From contig NW_026862604.1 in the NCBI RefSeq assembly GCF_026571515.1, positions 1 to 64,000 on the forward strand: DNA of 64,000 nucleotides, read 5' to 3'. The stretch is from Ruditapes philippinarum. Taxonomy: Eukaryota. The translations under genes and the position numbers were made by a program. Positions 62,078-64,000 of this stretch are shown here, in pieces. Each line of letters begins with the position of its first letter. Positions within the stretch are counted from its first letter, which is position 1. The notes beneath the pieces are model-generated. The model saw only the letters and a program-made list of their open reading frames with translations, was not told the DNA's origin and did no database searches.

Positions 62078-62154
62078 GACTAGTTGAATGGTGATTTTTA
62101 TACTGATTTGTCATTTCTTCTTCGGTCTGATAACCATAATCTTACCTTTGTTGC

Positions 62155-62545
62155 CATTTCAGATAAATTTACACTTAAATCTCCTCAGATGTGCTTTCAC
62201 TAAACTTTCCTGATATTAACTTACACTTATCTCTTCTCAAACAAACTTACACTAAAGTCCTCTCAGATAAACTTACACTAAACTCTCCTCAGATAAATTT
62301 ACACTTTACTCTACTCTAATGAACTTACACTAAACTGTCATCAGATAAAAACTTACACTTAACCCTCTTCAGACAAACTTACACTTAACTCTTCTCAAAT
62401 AACCTATATATACACTCGCCACAGATAAACTTATAGTTAAGTCTTCTCAGATAATCTTACACTAAATTCTTCACAGATAAACTCACACTAAACTCTCTTC
62501 AGATAAACTAACACTTTAATATCCACAGATAAACTTGCACTAATT
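62155..62545. repeat. ~26-bp minisatellite, same family as 48715
   Basis: ctcagataaacttacactaaactctc units. Confidence 0.88.
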
Positions 62546-64000
62546 CAAAATGAACATTCATACAAAATCCTTTATATACTTTTAAATTGTTATCAATACC
62601 AACACAGGACAAATTGCTTTCAGTGTTCACGTTCCATATCTTTAGGTGGCAATAATATTAAGTTGCCGTGGACACCAAGAAGGAAAGAGTCTGAAATGTA
62701 AATGAGAGCTTTATTAATATGTATAAATTGTATTTATGTCACTGTTTCAAAATACACACAAGTACAAAAATGTCTAAAGTAACAATAAAGTTAAATTTTT
62801 TTTGGATATCCTTAACAACTTATCTACAGGTGTCATAAAATATAAAAAATAAGTTTTTCCAGTTCCATACTTTGAGCTGACAGGATAAATCTGAACAAAA
62901 AATAAACAAAATCAATGTAATGATCCAAATCTACAATAGTTAGTAACAATTTAAACAATAATATTAATGATTTAAGATCATTGTAATTATAGATTCGATG
63001 CTTACTTTCAAAGCGCCATGGTGGTGTGTAAGACTAAATAGTGGCGCAACAGCGCTACCAGGGTGATTATTCCAAATGTTCAGTATGTTATCTTTCTAAC
63101 ATTGCGACAAATATTGTACCTGGTAACGAAAATAGTCCGAAAACATCCTGCGTGTGGCTGTTCAATACGCCCACACAGTGGTCTGCAACCCTCATTTCAC
63201 ACCACAGTGATGAATGACACATAAACAAGACGCAAATATCGTGCACATTTTCAGTAAATTTCAACCCCGACACTTCTCAACTTCCATTGGTATTGCCGGG
63301 GAAATGAAGGCATTTCCCATCTGTCCTGAGTCTTCTAGATCAGGTAATATATGTGTCTAACTTGAAGTGTTTTGTTTAGGAATGAAGCATGGGTAAATTA
63401 TATCTATATGCGAATGAATGTAAGATAATTACATAGTCAGCCATTTTATTTTCTTTATGAGGTACATGTATCACCATTATATAATCTTTTTTTTTAAATA
63501 AAAGTAATTCTTGCTTGAAACATTCATATATCATGTCATATCAAGAATCGTGGTCAATGACATGTCTTTATATGCTTCTTTTAATGGAACATTCATATAA
63601 CTGGGTCAAGATAGAGTTAAGCACAGTTCAAGTACTAAAGTTTGTAGATGCTATAGGGCTACAGGTAACAAATATTGGACGACTTAAAGCAAAATCCAAG
63701 GGCAAAGGAAAATGGTTGGCAATATGTTGGTACTATATTTTTATTATATAATTATTACACCGATACACATTACAGCAATAGGAGAAATTTATGTACGCAT
63801 ATTAAGCTTGCAAAATGAATTTTGCTACGGATAAAATTTTTATATGTTACTCATTTATATGAGATTTCTAAAAAAGTTTTATTATTTCAAGCACAACTTA
63901 CTCTTATTTGCATTTGCGTTATATCTGCACGTTGATATTAAATAGCCGCGTAAGTTACATGTGAACGGATTGTTTTGTGTAAAATTGACTTATCGGAATC

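Noticed and set aside
63000-63350. GC-richer segment with cag|gtaat and kB-like gggaaat/atttccc motifs as the start of another gene
   Set aside because: No recognisable coding similarity and only short motifs; insufficient evidence.

Overview
AT-rich eukaryotic genomic DNA with spliceosomal introns. The repeat and gene families suggest a bivalve mollusc (inference). Left end, minus strand: internal exons of a carbohydrate sulfotransferase 15-like gene running off the window. From 7.3 to 15.2 kb: an 8-exon pancreatic-lipase-family gene (signal peptide, GHSLG, PLAT domain) whose first intron hides a decayed DIRS retrotransposon. From 16.5 to 59.5 kb: a tandem array of five RING-less TRIM-like genes (B-box1, B-box2, coiled coil, NHL-type beta-propeller; single coding exon). 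Two are intact, two are frameshifted and one is 5'-truncated and chimeric. They are interleaved with two partial copies of the lipase 3' half, because a lipase-3'/TRIM module was duplicated as a unit; one breakpoint can be read at base level (TGATCC microhomology). The TRIM paralogues differ mainly in short, periodically spaced propeller loop segments and are mosaics of one another, which suggests a diversifying recognition-receptor array. Paralogous empty and filled sites reveal an LTR-less, TSD-less Gypsy RT fragment, an EnSpm-like insertion and a relocated 180-bp block. SINEs, MITEs, two minisatellite families and one N gap are also present. Parts of the sequence (about 12.2-15.4 kb and 20.5-21.5 kb) are rich in small indels typical of unpolished long reads, so some frameshifts may be artefacts.
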